A stretch of 64,000 nucleotides of DNA from Octopus sinensis (Eukaryota), in contig NC_042999.1 in the NCBI RefSeq assembly GCF_006345805.1, forward strand, positions 744,001 to 808,000, in the 5' to 3' direction. The notes beneath the pieces were generated by a model. That model was not told the origin of the DNA. It saw only the letters and a program-made list of their open reading frames with translations, and did no database searches. Below, in pieces: positions 1 to 13,130 of this stretch. The translations under genes were made by a program, and so were the position numbers. The first letter of the stretch is position 1; the number at the start of each line of letters is the position of its first letter.

Positions 1-165
1 TGTATGTATGTATGTATGTATGTATGTATGAATGTATGTATCTATGTTTGTATGTATGTATGTATGTACGCATGTATGCATGTATGTATGTATGTATGTA
101 TGTATGTATGTATGTATGTATGTATGTATGTATGTATGTATGTATGTATATATGTATGTATACGT
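1..165. repeat. (TATG)n microsatellite
   Basis: Direct read of tandem TATG; explains the MYVC-type ORFs. Confidence 0.95.
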
Positions 166-605
166 GCAGATGTATATACTTTGCTTTATGTATGTGTTCT
201 CATGGATATAGTTACATATCTAGACATGCTAATATATATTTAAATGATAAACTTCTGGAAAGTTTTACAGATTTTTACAGTTCCAGTAATGAGTTGGATC
301 TATTGTTTTCGAATTGGCTTTCTCCTTTATGTTTCTGAGAAGTCTAATTTCCCAAGATTGATATTTAGACAGTGCGTTACATATCCCAGGGTCCCTTGCA
401 TGCATGTATGTATGTATGTTGTTATATAATTTTAAGATTTCTTACCAATTCCTTCACTGGAATTTCAACATCAACAACGGGGTATTTTTGTATGTATGTA
501 TGAATGTATATATGTATATATGCAGATTTTTATGTTTATCAATGTATTCCCATGCATATAGTTGCATATCTAGACTTGTACGTATATATGTATGTATATA
601 TGTAT

Positions 606-645
<40 letters not shown>

Positions 646-647
<2 letters not shown>

Positions 648-810
648 CTTTATTCTTTTATATTTTTCAGTCATCTGACGGCGGCCATGCTGGAGCACCG
701 TGTTAAAGGGTTTTAGTCGAAGAAATCGACCCCAGTACTTATTCTTTGTAAACCTTGCACTTATTCTATCCAACACTTTCGCTTACACTGCCATCGGTTG
801 TCAAGCGATA
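646..810 (-). mobile_element. SINE family A, 3' tail fragment
   Basis: Reverse complement matches the tail of the full family A copy at 54611-55031 (...GGTGCTCCAGCATGGCCGC...TGACTGAAA). Confidence 0.8.
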
Positions 811-868
811 TTACAAACTTAGACAAAAGATAAATGCACATAAATATATACATATATATACTTACATG

Positions 869-913
<45 letters not shown>

Positions 914-980
914 TAAATAAAATGAGACAATAAAGCCAAGGCTGCGTGGAGTTTTCAGGACATTTATAAAGATAAAGTTA

Positions 981-1028
981 GTCTTACAGCTGTTTCTGTG
1001 ATATTAGGGATATCCCTTCATCAGAGGC
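981..1028 (-). ncRNA. Minimal type I hammerhead ribozyme motif (Penelope-like element type)
   Basis: Minus strand reads GCCT-CTGATGA-A-GGGATAT-CCCTA-ATATCAC-A-GAAA-CAGCTG-TA-AGAC: intact core, stem II with one mismatch, palindromic helix III, GUA site, decayed helix I. Confidence 0.7.
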
Positions 1029-1268
1029 GATATGAGATGGTTAAATAGAGGGAAATATTACAGTTTAATATAGGATTTATTTTGGAAAAGGAAGCAATTA
1101 AGGAGTATATACGGAAATAGGAGAATGAAAATGTGGTCCTTCCATAGCATTTACATAGCGCATTTACATAGCATTTACATACATTTACATAGTGTGTGTG
1201 CGTGTGTGTGTAATGATAGACATAAACCATATCATAGAAAAAATAAAATATATCTAGATCACAAATTG

Positions 1269-1407
1269 CGTAACTGGTACTTATTTAATCGACTCCGAAA
1301 TGATGAAAGGCAAAGTCGACCTCGGTGGAATTTGAACTCAGAACGTAGCGGCAGATGAAATAGTGCTAAGCATTTCGCCCGGCGTGCTAACGTTTCTGCC
1401 AGCTCAT
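1269..1407 (-). mobile_element. SINE family B, 5' part
   Basis: Minus strand GAGCTGGCAGAAACGTTAGCACGCCGGGCGAAATG...GAGTTCAAATTCC...GTCGACTTTGCCTTTCATC, shared with many copies in the window. Confidence 0.85.
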
Positions 1408-1468
1408 GGCTATAATGAATCAGAATAATAAAAGCAGAACGAAAGAGAAAACATATACATACCCAACA

Positions 1469-1515
<47 letters not shown>

Positions 1516-1791
1516 TAGATAAAATAAGAGAAAGACAGACGGATGAAAATAGATAGAGAGGTAGATAGATCGACGCAGTCATACTTATACACACACATAA
1601 ATGCATACATGCATGCATACGTATATACATACATATATGCATGCATACATATTTATATCTAATCCATCACTGGAACTGTTAAAATCTGTAAAACTTTCCA
1701 GAAGTTTATCATTTAAATATATATGAACATGTTTAGACATGCAACTATATTCATGAGAATACATACATAGAGCAAAACATACAAATCTTCA

Positions 1792-1863
1792 CACATACAT
1801 ACATACGTACATACATACATACATACATACATACATACGTACATACATACATACGTACATACA

Positions 1864-1894
<31 letters not shown>

Positions 1895-1987
1895 GTACGT
1901 ACTTACATACATACATACGTACATACATACATACACACACACATACATACATACATACGTACATGCATACATACATACATACATAGA

Positions 1988-2018
<31 letters not shown>

Positions 2019-2290
2019 CATACATACGTACGTACTTACATACATACATACATACATACATACGTATATACATACATACACACACACATACATGCATACG
2101 TACATACATACATACATACATTACATACATACACACACACATACATACAAACTTACACACACATACATACATACATACATACATACATACATACTACATA
2201 CATACATACATGCGTACATGCATTCATACATGCATACATGCATATATACGTACATACATGCATACACACATACATACATACATACATACA
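1792..2290. repeat. (CATA)n microsatellite
   Basis: Direct read. Confidence 0.95.
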
Positions 2291-2589
2291 TACACACTCA
2301 CACAAGCAGGTATAAGGATTTTGGAAATCTTATTTCACTTCATGTTAAGAACATCTCTTTTCTGCTCTTTGATTCTTTGCACTTTATTCTCTCTCTTCCC
2401 CACTCTTTCCATCTCTCTCTCTCTCTGTCTCTGTCTGTCTGTCTCTGTCTGTCTCTCTCTCTCTCTGTCTGTCTCTCTCTCTCTCTCTATACATATATAT
2501 ACATACATATATATATATATATATGTCTTTGTTCTACTCTCTTTCTTCCCCTCTATCTCTTTCCCAGAATATATCTATTCCCTGCCTGT

Positions 2590-2621
<32 letters not shown>

Positions 2622-2936
2622 CAACTCCGTCTCCATATCTCTCTCCCCCTCCTCCTCCTCTCATTAGTACTTTTGATAAGATTTACCAAACCAGAATATA
2701 TGTTTAGTTCAATTACAGCATTATTTCCTCAGCCAAGCAAACATTTCCAACCAAATCAGATTCCCATATCTACTGATGCTAGCAGAACATTCAACATGTA
2801 ACACTGGTGACAGTGATGATGATGGAGATGATGATGGTGAAGGCCAGCATTATCGCGCTGGTGAGTTTGATAGAGGCTTATCTTAAGATGACAGCGGTGA
2901 CTGGACTGTAGATGGTGAGGATTTTGTTGGTGTTGT

Positions 2937-3369
2937 CAGCGCTGGATTAACCATTCAGCAAAAATAGGTATATGCTTAGGGAACCAAAGGAAGTAAGCAC
3001 CACAGAAATGGTAATTGGTTTACGGCACAAAAGAAATCACCTTAAACTTACTAAAATAGTAATCGGTATGTCTTATCTTTCCTAAGCACAATAGCAGATG
3101 TGTTGCGTAAAATCTAATTTTGAGGATTTAATTAAAGACTTTCCAAATTAACAAAGTAGGACAAAACTTTCCGAAAAATAATTAAATCGGAAGTATTAAA
3201 AACAAATAAACATTATTTTCCATCTTGCTGTTAGTTTTGTGTAATTTTGAAACATAAAAATTCAGTTTATGGTTCATTATTGTTTACATTTTGAATTAGG
3301 TATATATGGAGGGGGAGCAATAAAATATATGAAGTGCTTAGGGCCTCTATGGGTTTTAATGTGGCCCTG
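2937..3369. mobile_element. Decayed hAT-like non-autonomous DNA transposon
   Basis: Imperfect TIRs CAGCGCTGGATTAA / TTAATGTGGCCCTG; flanking 8-mers GGTGTTGT and GTTGTTGC (6/8) fit a hAT TSD. Confidence 0.55.
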
Positions 3370-3397
3370 GTTGTTGCTGTTTAGATCAAGATGTCCG

Positions 3398-3731
3398 TGA
3401 TTTCGATTTCCAGACAGGGCGTTGTCAGTGTTTATTGAGCGAAAACAGCTAAACTCCACGAGACACCGGCAGGGGGTGGGGTGTGGCGAACCCTGCTGTA
3501 TTCCTTCACCACAACTTACTCTCACTCTTTCTTCCTGTTTCTGCTGTACCTGTATATCGAAGGGTCTGCCTTGTCACACTCTGTGTCACGCTGAATCTTC
3601 CCGAGAACTACGTTAAGGGTACACATGTCTGTGGACTGCTCAGCCACTTGCACGTTAATTTCATGAGCAAGCGGTTTGTTCCGTTGATCGGATCAACTGG
3701 AACCCTCGTCGCCGTAACCGATGGAGTGCCA
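3398..3731 (+). mobile_element. SINE family C, 5'-truncated
   Basis: Colinear with the full copy at 7576-7934; ends ...CGTAACCGATGGAGTGCC. Confidence 0.85.
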
Positions 3732-3895
3732 CGAGTATAAGTTCAGCCCCTGATTACGTAGTTGTGTTCTGTACTTCTCCGATGTGCACTTAACTCCAAG
3801 TCACAATACCCAATGTGTCCTATTCTAAGATGACGATCTATGATGTCCAGTTGATTTGGTTGCGATTTCTAGGATATTAAATAATAAAAAAAAGC

Positions 3896-4038
3896 TGGCA
3901 TTTTGTCGGTTACGATAACGAGAATTCTAGTCGATCCAATCAACAGAACAGCCGCCCCCCGCTCCGTGAAATTAACGTGTAAGTGGCTGAATACTCCACA
4001 GACATATCTACCCTTTGCGTAGTTCTTAGGGAAACTCA
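3896..4038 (-). mobile_element. SINE family C, 3' fragment
   Basis: Reverse complement of the family C tail (diverged). Confidence 0.75.
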
Positions 4039-4699
4039 TACATATACTTCGCATTTTTTAGAGAGGAGTTAAGTAGATTACATCTACCCTTATGCTCAAC
4101 TGGTAATTATTTTATCGATCTCGAAAAGATGAAAGGCTGAATTTGGAATCTTTGGAAGGTGAATTTGGAGTGAGAACGAAACACCAAACTAACCAACCAA
4201 TTAGGAGCGAGCCATCGAGGAAGCTTCAAATGCTAAAATCAGCAACCATAACACACTCAATGATATGTGTTGAGTGCTTTAAAAAAGGACAAATGAAATA
4301 ATGTAAAATCTGGTATATATTATGCCTGAAGGCCTACAAATGTACCATTCTGGTGGGGGAAGGGCGTTTGTCAATCTCAACGGAGAGGATTAAATTTTTT
4401 GAACGGAATTTCTCCTCAGGAACTTAACGTGTAAATAGCTGGGTATTCCACAGACACGTCTATAATTAACGAAGTTCCCGGGCGGAGTCAGGGTGACATG
4501 ATGTAATAGTTATAACGATGAAAGTTTGAATGGTCTGATGCAAGGTAGAAAGAGTGAATGAGATAAGAAGAAGAAGAAGAAGAAGAAAAAGTAGAAAAAG
4601 AAGAGAAAAAAAGGTGATGATGATGATGATGATGATGAAAAGTAAGGAGGAGGTAGAGGAAGAGACAAAGCAGATAGAAAAATAATTAAATATATAAAT

Positions 4700-4727
4700 A
4701 ATAATGATAATAATAATAATAATAATA

Positions 4728-4770
<43 letters not shown>

Positions 4771-5294
4771 CTCACCCACGTATTAAAACACACACCTACA
4801 TACATATCATGTGTGCGAAAGTATGTATACATATGTCTCTGTATGCATGTATGCATGTATGTATGTATGTATGTATGCATGTATGTATGTATGTATGTAT
4901 GTGTGTATGTATGCATGCATGTATGTATGTATGTATGTATGTATGTATGTATGTATGCATGTATGTATGTATGTATGTATATATGTATGTATTATGTATG
5001 TATGTATGTATGTATGTATGTATGTATGTATGTATTTATGTATGCATGTATGTATGTATATATGTATATGTATGTACGTATGCATGTAAGTTACTTTCTT
5101 ACTTTGTTCTGTGGCTTTGTTATTCATTATGTTATTCCCTTAGAGATAAATTTGTCTGCTACCGTGTGAGTCTGTGTGAGTGTACACACACATACACACA
5201 CACACACACATACACAAACACACACACATACACAAACACACATACATCCACAAGCACTTGTATATGAGTGTATACATATTTATCTATGCATGTA

Positions 5295-5328
<34 letters not shown>

Positions 5329-5990
5329 TACATAGATAATTATATATGCACACACATATATACATATATATATATGTGTGTATATGTGCATATAAGTATT
5401 TACCTATAAATATATATATATGTATATGTACACGTATATATATACACACGCACACACACATGCATATGTATATAAGTGTGTATATATATATATTTATATA
5501 TATTTATATATATACACATATATATACACACACATACATATATATTTATGTGTATGTATATGTGTATTTACATATTTATCTATGTATATATTTATACGTA
5601 AATGTGCATATACATATTTATCTATCTATGTATCTATCTGTCTATATATATATTATATATATGTATGTACGTATGTATGTATGTATGTATATATGTATGT
5701 ATGTATGTACGTATGTACGTATGTATGTATGTATGTATGTTGGTATGCATGTATGTATGTATGTATGTATGTATGTATGTATGTATGTATGTATGTATGT
5801 ATGTATGTATGTATGTTGGTATGTATGTATGTACGTATGTATGTATGTATGTATGTATGTATGTATGTATGTATGTATGTATGTATGTATGTTGGTATGT
5901 TGGTAAGTATATATCGTCTGCATTAGTATTTGTATGTGTATATATGTATGAAATGTGCGTGTGAGTAATTTGTATATGTATATATATGAA
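4700..5990. repeat. Compound (TAA)n/(TA)n/(TATG)n/(CA)n microsatellite block
   Basis: Direct read. Confidence 0.9.
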
Positions 5991-6835
5991 TCTATTGGAT
6001 GCTGCGTTTATGTAGCCGTTTATTTATGTGACAGAGAGGGAAAAAGAAAGAGAGAGGAGAGAGAGAACGACTGTGTATGAGATTAGTCAGATCAACTGAC
6101 CAGTGGTTTTATTTAAAGAGAAAGTAGCCATGGTTGGTCAACTGACAAGCTTAGCATAACAAAGAGCGCGCACAGGAAACGTGGAAGTTGGAATCAGAGA
6201 GAAAAGAAACGGCCGTGTGTAACCGGAACTGTAATCTGATAAAGTGACAGAGATTAGAAACACTGGCGGGGGGGGGGAGAGATAGGAGGAGAGGGGTTTG
6301 GGAGGAGGAGATGAAACAACTGCGGGAAAACGAGGTAAAAAGAGAGAAGAGTCTCAGAGTTACTTGGAGAAAGAACGAGTAAGAATGTAAGTAGGAGAGA
6401 GTGAGTGTGATTGATTAAGAGAAGAACAGTGTGTGAAACGGATGTGGTCAAAGCAAGATTGATTGTGTCTGTGTGATGTTTATATATATATATATAAGTA
6501 TGTATGTATGTGCAAATACATACAAGCACGCATTCATACAAGCTCACACCTACTACATGTATATGCATGTGTATATTAGCCGTACACATATGTATGTATG
6601 TACGTATGTATGCATGTATTTATGTAGGTATGTATCAAGAGAACACTGGCGGCTACAGAGGATGGCTCTCATCCGCCAACGATATAATCCATGAGCACCT
6701 TTGTGTAACACAAGTCCATCTGCGAGGCCCTCTCATAATAAATAACGCAGTACTCTGTGTTCTAACATAATCTCCACCTTAAGCTGGAGATAACAATGCC
6801 TTTTCGTATTATATTGCTTTCTGTCGCTATTAATT

Positions 6836-6881
<46 letters not shown>

Positions 6882-6922
6882 ATAAAACTAGAGCGAGTTA
6901 TAAACAGTAGCGGCAACACATC

Positions 6923-7091
6923 ATGACGTATATTTGCCATTTAAATATGGCTAACCCCTAAGGTATTTGCAATACTGATAGGGCACAGAAAGTGTATCTA
7001 AAGCCAGCAGGAGGAGGTGTCCTCCTGGGGCTACAAACTACAGTAGCTACACCCTTAGGGGTTAACCATGTTTAAATGGCAAATATACGTC

Positions 7092-7093
<2 letters not shown>
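6923..7093. mobile_element. Palindromic MITE-like element
   Basis: ~41-bp TIR ATGACGTATATTTGCCATTTAAA(T/C)ATGG(C/T)TAACCCCTAAGG with 2 mismatches; internal hairpin CAGGAGGA-GGTG-TCCTCCTG. Confidence 0.75.
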
Positions 7094-7177
<84 letters not shown>

Positions 7178-7214
7178 TATATATATATATATATGTGATA
7201 TATATGTGTGTGTA

Positions 7215-7303
7215 TGGTAAGTAGTTTGCTTACCAACCACATGGTTCCGGGTTCATTCCTACTGTGTGGCTCCTTGGGCAAGTTTCTTCTACTATAGCCT
7301 CGG
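7215..7303 (+). mobile_element. SINE family A head, truncated
   Basis: TGGTAAGTAG...CCAACCACATGGTTCCGGGTTCA...CCTTGGGCAAGT. Confidence 0.85.
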
Positions 7304-7575
7304 GGCTATAGCAGAAGTCGAAACTTGTTGGTTTTGGTTATAGGTGACTTGAAATGGCCGACGGCATGAAGTTTCTTTTGAAGTACATCGAGCTGTTCTT
7401 AAATGCCTAATATTCCTCAAGAAATGCTGGTGGACAACAGGTTATCTCTCCTTCCCGTAATACAGGTTGAGAGTTTCGAGTTGTTTTTCAGGTGTTCTGT
7501 GAAAGAACGCGCTCTTTTGCTTGCGACACTAGAATGGGTAAGGTATAGATTCTTTCTATGTTACTGATGGGTGGA

Positions 7576-7934
7576 GGCGCAATGTCCCAGTGGTTAGGGC
7601 AGCGGACTCGCGGTTTCGATTCCCCGACCCGGGGTTGTGAGTGTTTATTGAGAGAAAACACCTGAAAATTCACGAAGCTCCGGCAGGGGGTGGTGGTGAA
7701 CCCTGTTGTATTCTTTCACCACAACTTTCTCTCACACTTTCTTCCTGTTTCTGTTGTACCTGTATTTCAAAGGGCCAGCCATGTCACACTTGGGGTCACG
7801 CTGAATTTCCCAAAGAACTACGTTAAGGGTACGCGTCTGTGGAGTGCTCAGTCACTTACACGTTAATTTCGCGAGCAGGCTGTTCCGTTAATCGGATCAA
7901 CTGGAGCCCTCGTCGTCGTAACCGACGGAGTGCC
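7576..7934 (+). mobile_element. SINE family C, near full-length (tRNA-like head)
   Basis: A-box-like TGTCCCAGTGG and B-box-like GGTTTCGATTCCC; body shared with 3398, 16141 and 60707. Confidence 0.85.
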
Positions 7935-8870
7935 GTAGCAGTATTGCTGACGGAGATATCAATTCGTTTTAAGAACAGGTTGCCATACTTCGATAATATA
8001 AATATCGGCTCCCTTTTGCTCCACATTTAATGGTAGTAATGTTCCATTGTGTCTTTTAACAGCTTAGGAGATTTTTCTTTTTTGCTTAGACACTAATGCA
8101 GTTCGCTGAAAAGCATTTGCAATTTATAATCATTCGGAAAATATTTACGGATTAGGAAGAAGGAATATTTTTCAGCACCGGTTTCTTGCAGCAATATTAT
8201 AACGTGGCTGACCCCAAACGAAATATTTATTACTATACTTTATGAGGCAGCTTCTAGATTCTGTTGATGAATTCTTTATAATTTCCTGTAATCGGCTTTG
8301 TGATAATGCTTCGGAGATGTAACCTGCGGCTCTGGTGGAAGTGAAATCAACAGGGAATAATACACATATACTCATTCGGATGTATATATCTCTATTCGCT
8401 TCAGGATGTTCACTGAATGGTTGAGGTTGGCATGGATAGACAGATCAGTGTTGAAGGGTTCTTACAATTACTATTACAGCAACAAAGATTCCCAAGGTAT
8501 ATACATGAGAAATGTAAATATATTTGTTAGAGAGAAGTCGTCTAACACATACCTGCGTTGAAGATATAAACTCTGGACTGACGCCGCAATAAATACGGGT
8601 AATCACGAGGAATATATATTAAATATGATATATAAATGGCTATTTTTATCTGATATTGCCGCTGTTGCATATAATGGATTTTTACTTAGCTGGGTAGCTA
8701 CTTGAAATGCCAGTTATTGTTTAGCACTATTTTCAGATATATCTGTTGTTACGGATTTTGTCTAAGAATGTTGGCGGCCAGCTCACTTATTGATAACTTC
8801 CAACGAGACACGGATACATTTAACATTCTCATTTGTTGCGGCAAGTGAGTGTTTCGTCTCTATGAATATA

Positions 8871-9106
8871 TGAGGGGGTGTATGAAAAGTCTTGAGCCTC
8901 GAGGTAAGTAGCTTGCTTACCAACCACATGGTTCCGGGTTCAGTCCCACTGCGTGGCACCCTGGGCAAGTGTCTTCTACTATAGCCTCGGGCCGACCAAA
9001 GCTTTGTGAGTGGATTTGGTAGACGGAAACTGAAAGAAGCCCATCATATATATATATATATATGTATGTATATATATATATGTATATATGTCTATATATG
9101 TATATG

Positions 9107-9178
<72 letters not shown>

Positions 9179-9467
9179 GGCGTCTGTGTTTGTCCTCCCA
9201 ACGTCGCTTCATAAACGATGCTGGTGTGTTTACATTCCCGTAACTTAGCGGTTCGGCAAAAGAGACCGATAGAATAAGTACTGGGCTTACAAAGAATAAG
9301 TCCTGGACTCGACTTCCTCGACTAAAGGCGGTGCTCCAGCATGGCTACAGTCAAATGACTGAAACAAGTAAAAGAGTAAAAGAGTAATGATGCAAGACTT
9401 CTGATGAAGGTACGAGACTTCAAGGCTCAAAGGCCTTGAAGACTCAAAACTTTTCATAAACCCCTAA
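8871..9467. mobile_element. Mariner-like MITE interrupted by a SINE
   Basis: TA|TGAGGGGGTGTATGAAAAGTCTTGAG ... CTCAAAACTTTTCATAAACCCCTAA|TA; ends resemble the mariner-derived element at 47525. Confidence 0.55.
8903..9385 (+). mobile_element. SINE family A (tRNA-like head, internal TA/TG microsatellite, LINE-like tail)
   Basis: Colinear with 10829, 38483, 39376, 54611 and 61484; terminal (AGTAAAAG)n. Confidence 0.9.
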
Positions 9468-9654
9468 TATATGTTTCTTTCGTATCTTGAGGAAACGTTT
9501 TAATATCGATGCAGTTGAAGCTCTCCGTGTATTGATTAGGCATACATTTGTAAAATATGTGGAGATTTGAAGAGGTTATGTGTCTTAGAATAGTCGAAGT
9601 TAAATATTGTTAAATAGGGTATTCTTTATTTTTCTTTTATGTTTCAGTATATAT

Positions 9655-9788
9655 ACGACGGACTTCTTTCACTTTCCGTGTACCAAATACACTCACAAGA
9701 CACTTGCCCGAGGTGCCACGCAGTGGGACTAAACTCGGAACCATGTGGCTGGCAAGCAAGCTACTTACCACCCAGTCATTCCTGCGCC
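9655..9788 (-). mobile_element. SINE family A head with internal deletion
   Basis: Minus strand begins GGCGCAGGAATGACTGGGTGGTAAGTAGC. Confidence 0.85.
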
Positions 9789-10828
9789 TATTTGATATTT
9801 TGATATATTTTATTAAAATACTTATAATATTTATGTTCATAACAGAAGTGTATTTGAAGAACTTCATAAAGGTTGAAGGTAACTTGAATGGCTATACTGG
9901 CATTCAAAGTGTGCTTCTGTCTGATTACGTCCCTCTTTTTACTTACTTCCATTTTATTACAGCGAGGAAAGATATTATTGTAAGTATTGTTACACTGGAA
10001 CTAACTTCTTGATAAAGCTTTAAAAAAAGAAGTAAAGAAAAAGGGTTGCAGCATTGTGGAACAGGACTGAGATTAGTTCATAACACAGAGTTGTTGTAAA
10101 AGTCAACAAAATATTTTTAGTATTAATTCTATAATTGCATTTGTAAGAACGTTAGAGCGCTTAGGGGTTTAGTTAAAAAAGGTATTGATTTTCGAAATTT
10201 ACGTCTAGAAAGTTTTACTATACTAATATAGAGTCCTCTATTTTAAGAAAAGTTTTGTAGATTTTTTTTTCCCGAAAAATGATTAGTAGTTTGTACACAG
10301 TCGCCGTGGCCTTTGTTGGATATGTGCAGAGCACAGATCGTCTATATTATATACGTATATTTGCCCTGATCGAAGGTATGGTACATTAAAAGGAGGGACG
10401 GGTCAATTAGATTCCTTCACAGGGCATCCATAACTCATATTATGTCACTGGTAAATTTTAAGGATAGAAATACGTCGTCACCATAAAGACCGCAGTGAAA
10501 TCGCGGGAAGTCGGGTTTCAGTGTCAATAAGATAAATAAATAAACGAACAACACTTCTCCATTATGCCAAATCGTTAGGTTTCTTAGTGATATGAAAGGG
10601 GTTATCGGAGGTTTTATTGATCCCAGTAAAGGTTTTGTAATGTACCACTGTATTATGTGCGCAAAGAATAACATTTCTTCGTTGTTCAGAATTTGAATAA
10701 CTGAATTTGAATAAAAGGGGACTTAGAAAGCAACTCGAAGTTCACAGGAAAATATATATACATATTCTATGTATTTATCTTCCGGCTATAGATCTATGTC
10801 ACTATTATTTACTAAGTTTGTTTGCATA

Positions 10829-11208
10829 GACGTAGTAGTGGCTGTGTGGTAAGTAGCTTGCTTACGAACCACATGGTTCCGGGTTCAATCCCACTGCGTG
10901 GCACCTTGGGCAAGTGTTTTCTACTATAGCCTCGGGCCGACCACAGCCTTGTCAGTGGATTTGGTAGACGGAAACTGAAAGAAACCCGTCGTATGTGTGT
11001 GTGCACGCGCGCACGTGTGTGTGTGTGTTTGTATGTGTGTGTACGTTTGTGTGTCTGCCCCCATAACCTAGCGGTTCGGCAAAAGAAACCGATAGAATAA
11101 TTACTAGACTTACAAAGAATAAGTCCTGAGGTCGATTTCCTCGACTAAAGGCGGTGCTCCAGCATGGCCACAGTCAAATGACTGAAACAAGTAAGAGAGT
11201 AAAAGAGT
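10829..11208 (+). mobile_element. SINE family A
   Basis: Head, TG tract and tail present; part of the middle deleted. Confidence 0.9.
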
Positions 11209-11344
11209 ATTTATTCTATGGCTAGTCATTTTTAATGCACAGTTTCCTAAAGTTAGACCACAAAACAATACTCAAGTTATGTCGGCGAAATATTTATTCA
11301 TGTCTCCCCCTCCTCTATTTCTCTCATTATCTTAAAGGTAATGA

Positions 11345-11655
11345 TCCTTTCTGCTATAGGCAGAAGGCCTAGGATTTGTGGAGAGGGAAGTAGTAGATCA
11401 CGCCGGCTCCAATATTTGACTGGTTCTAGGTCGACTTTGCCTATCATCTCTTCGGGGTCGATAAATTAAGTACCAGTTGCACACTAGGGACGATCTAATC
11501 GACTGGTCCCTCTCCCCCAAAATTTCGGGCCTTGTGCCTAGAGCAGAAAGGAATATTTGATTGGTTCTTTATACCTAGTCGACCTTGGCAGAATTTGAAC
11601 TCTGGACGTGAATACGGACGAAATGTCGCTAAGCATATTGCCCGGCGTGCTGCCA
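11345..11655. mobile_element. SINE family B (+, 11428-11551) nested in an older antisense family B copy
   Basis: 17-bp TSD AATATTTGA(C/T)TGGTTCT at 11411-11427 and 11552-11568. Confidence 0.75.
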
Positions 11656-12805
11656 ACTTACCCGTCTTATCTTCTAGACAATAATTACATGTTAAACATA
11701 ACATAATTTCGTAATGTGAGTAACGCAAACTTAAGTATGTTAGATACCTTGGTCATATGTCAGAAATTTGTTGACAACCATCGTATGAATTATCAACAGT
11801 TGTCCGGTCAGTTATATGACAAGACATGAGAATCAGAATAGCTAAAAGAAATAACGAATACGTATACGTGTGGTAAATACCGAAACAGAGAGACGTAGTT
11901 AGTGAGAGGAAAATGGTATGATTAACTAAGGGAGAGGGGGAAAGAGGGTTATAGATAGGGAGAAAAAAGCAGTATGAGTAACAGAGTGAAAGAGAGAGAG
12001 AGAGAGGGGTGAGCAGGAAGAAAAGTGGTAGAGAGAGAGAGTTGAATGGAGATAGAGGAATCCAATGTAACTCTTTTAATGGTTGCCTAAAGAGTCCGCC
12101 ACAAGAACTGCAATGAGGTGTTTGAGGCTTCCCTGAAATATATTTATAATTGTTTCTGAGCAAACGTGCAGCCTCCGGAATAGAGCAGAGTTAATGAAAA
12201 TAGATTGCTTTCAGCTACTGAAAACGAAATATATTTTGACTGTCATTTTTGTAGCTACAAATTTTGATTTTGCTGACTTGCTGTCTCTATATTTCATTTT
12301 TGCTCGCCATTTTTTAAAAAAGAATTACATCATATTTTGTATAGTTATTTCGTTGTTTTTTCTATACTGTTTTATGGAGATTTCTTTTTTAATGGACATA
12401 TGAAATTAAGTTGATTTGGTTTATTTTTCCTTTTCTCTTATTGACAGATTTGCAACAATAATGATAATAATAATAACAATAAAAATTCCATTTTGGTGTG
12501 TTTCTGCATTCTGTTTCTCTGGACGATAGCTTTGCTCTTACAAGCAAGATTTCTTGTAAAAATATTGTCAATATTGTGGATGCATAAATGCAGTTACGAC
12601 ATTCCACCACCACACATATGTATAGATTCATATGTTTATACGTATATGTGTATATAATTGCATATGCCCACACACACACACACACACAAATATATAGACA
12701 TATATGCATATGTAAATTATACATGCATATATGTATCTATCTATATACATATATATATATGATATTTATATACAAACATAATTATAGATATATATATATG
12801 TAAAG

Positions 12806-12870
<65 letters not shown>

Positions 12871-12919
12871 ATATATAAAGTACGTACACTTTGTTCTCTT
12901 ATACACACACATATATATA

Positions 12920-12974
<55 letters not shown>

Positions 12975-13026
12975 CGTGTGTCTGTGTGTGAGGCCACCTT
13001 TGATATTTAACATAGCGTCCGCTTAC

Positions 13027-13130
13027 TCAGCTCCTTTGAGTTTTAAATATTGCTGGAAAGCAAGGAAGAAGAATGCCAAAAAGAAGCAGCGAAGAAATAA
13101 TCTTCTGTCTGCCACTAGATGTTGGAACAT
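13027..13130 (-). CDS. Candidate first coding exon with signal-peptide-like sequence (MFQHLVADRRLFLRCFFLAFFFLAFQQYLKLKGA)
   Basis: ACA-ATG start at 13130, 34 codons + 2 nt, then GTAAGC donor; non-repetitive context. No convincing downstream exon found. Confidence 0.25.

Noticed and set aside
4-6000. Numerous MYVC/IHTY/YIYI ORFs here and throughout the window
   Set aside because: Products of TATG, TA, CA and CTAT microsatellites.
7576-7625. tRNA-like heads of SINE families A-D as tRNA genes
   Set aside because: No complete cloverleaf; they continue into shared SINE bodies.
8172-8600. Non-repetitive block with a 67-aa ORF
   Set aside because: No recognisable motif or consistent splice signals.
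9398-9420. CTGATGAAGGTACGAGAC, hammerhead-like start
   Set aside because: No GAAA and no supporting helices.
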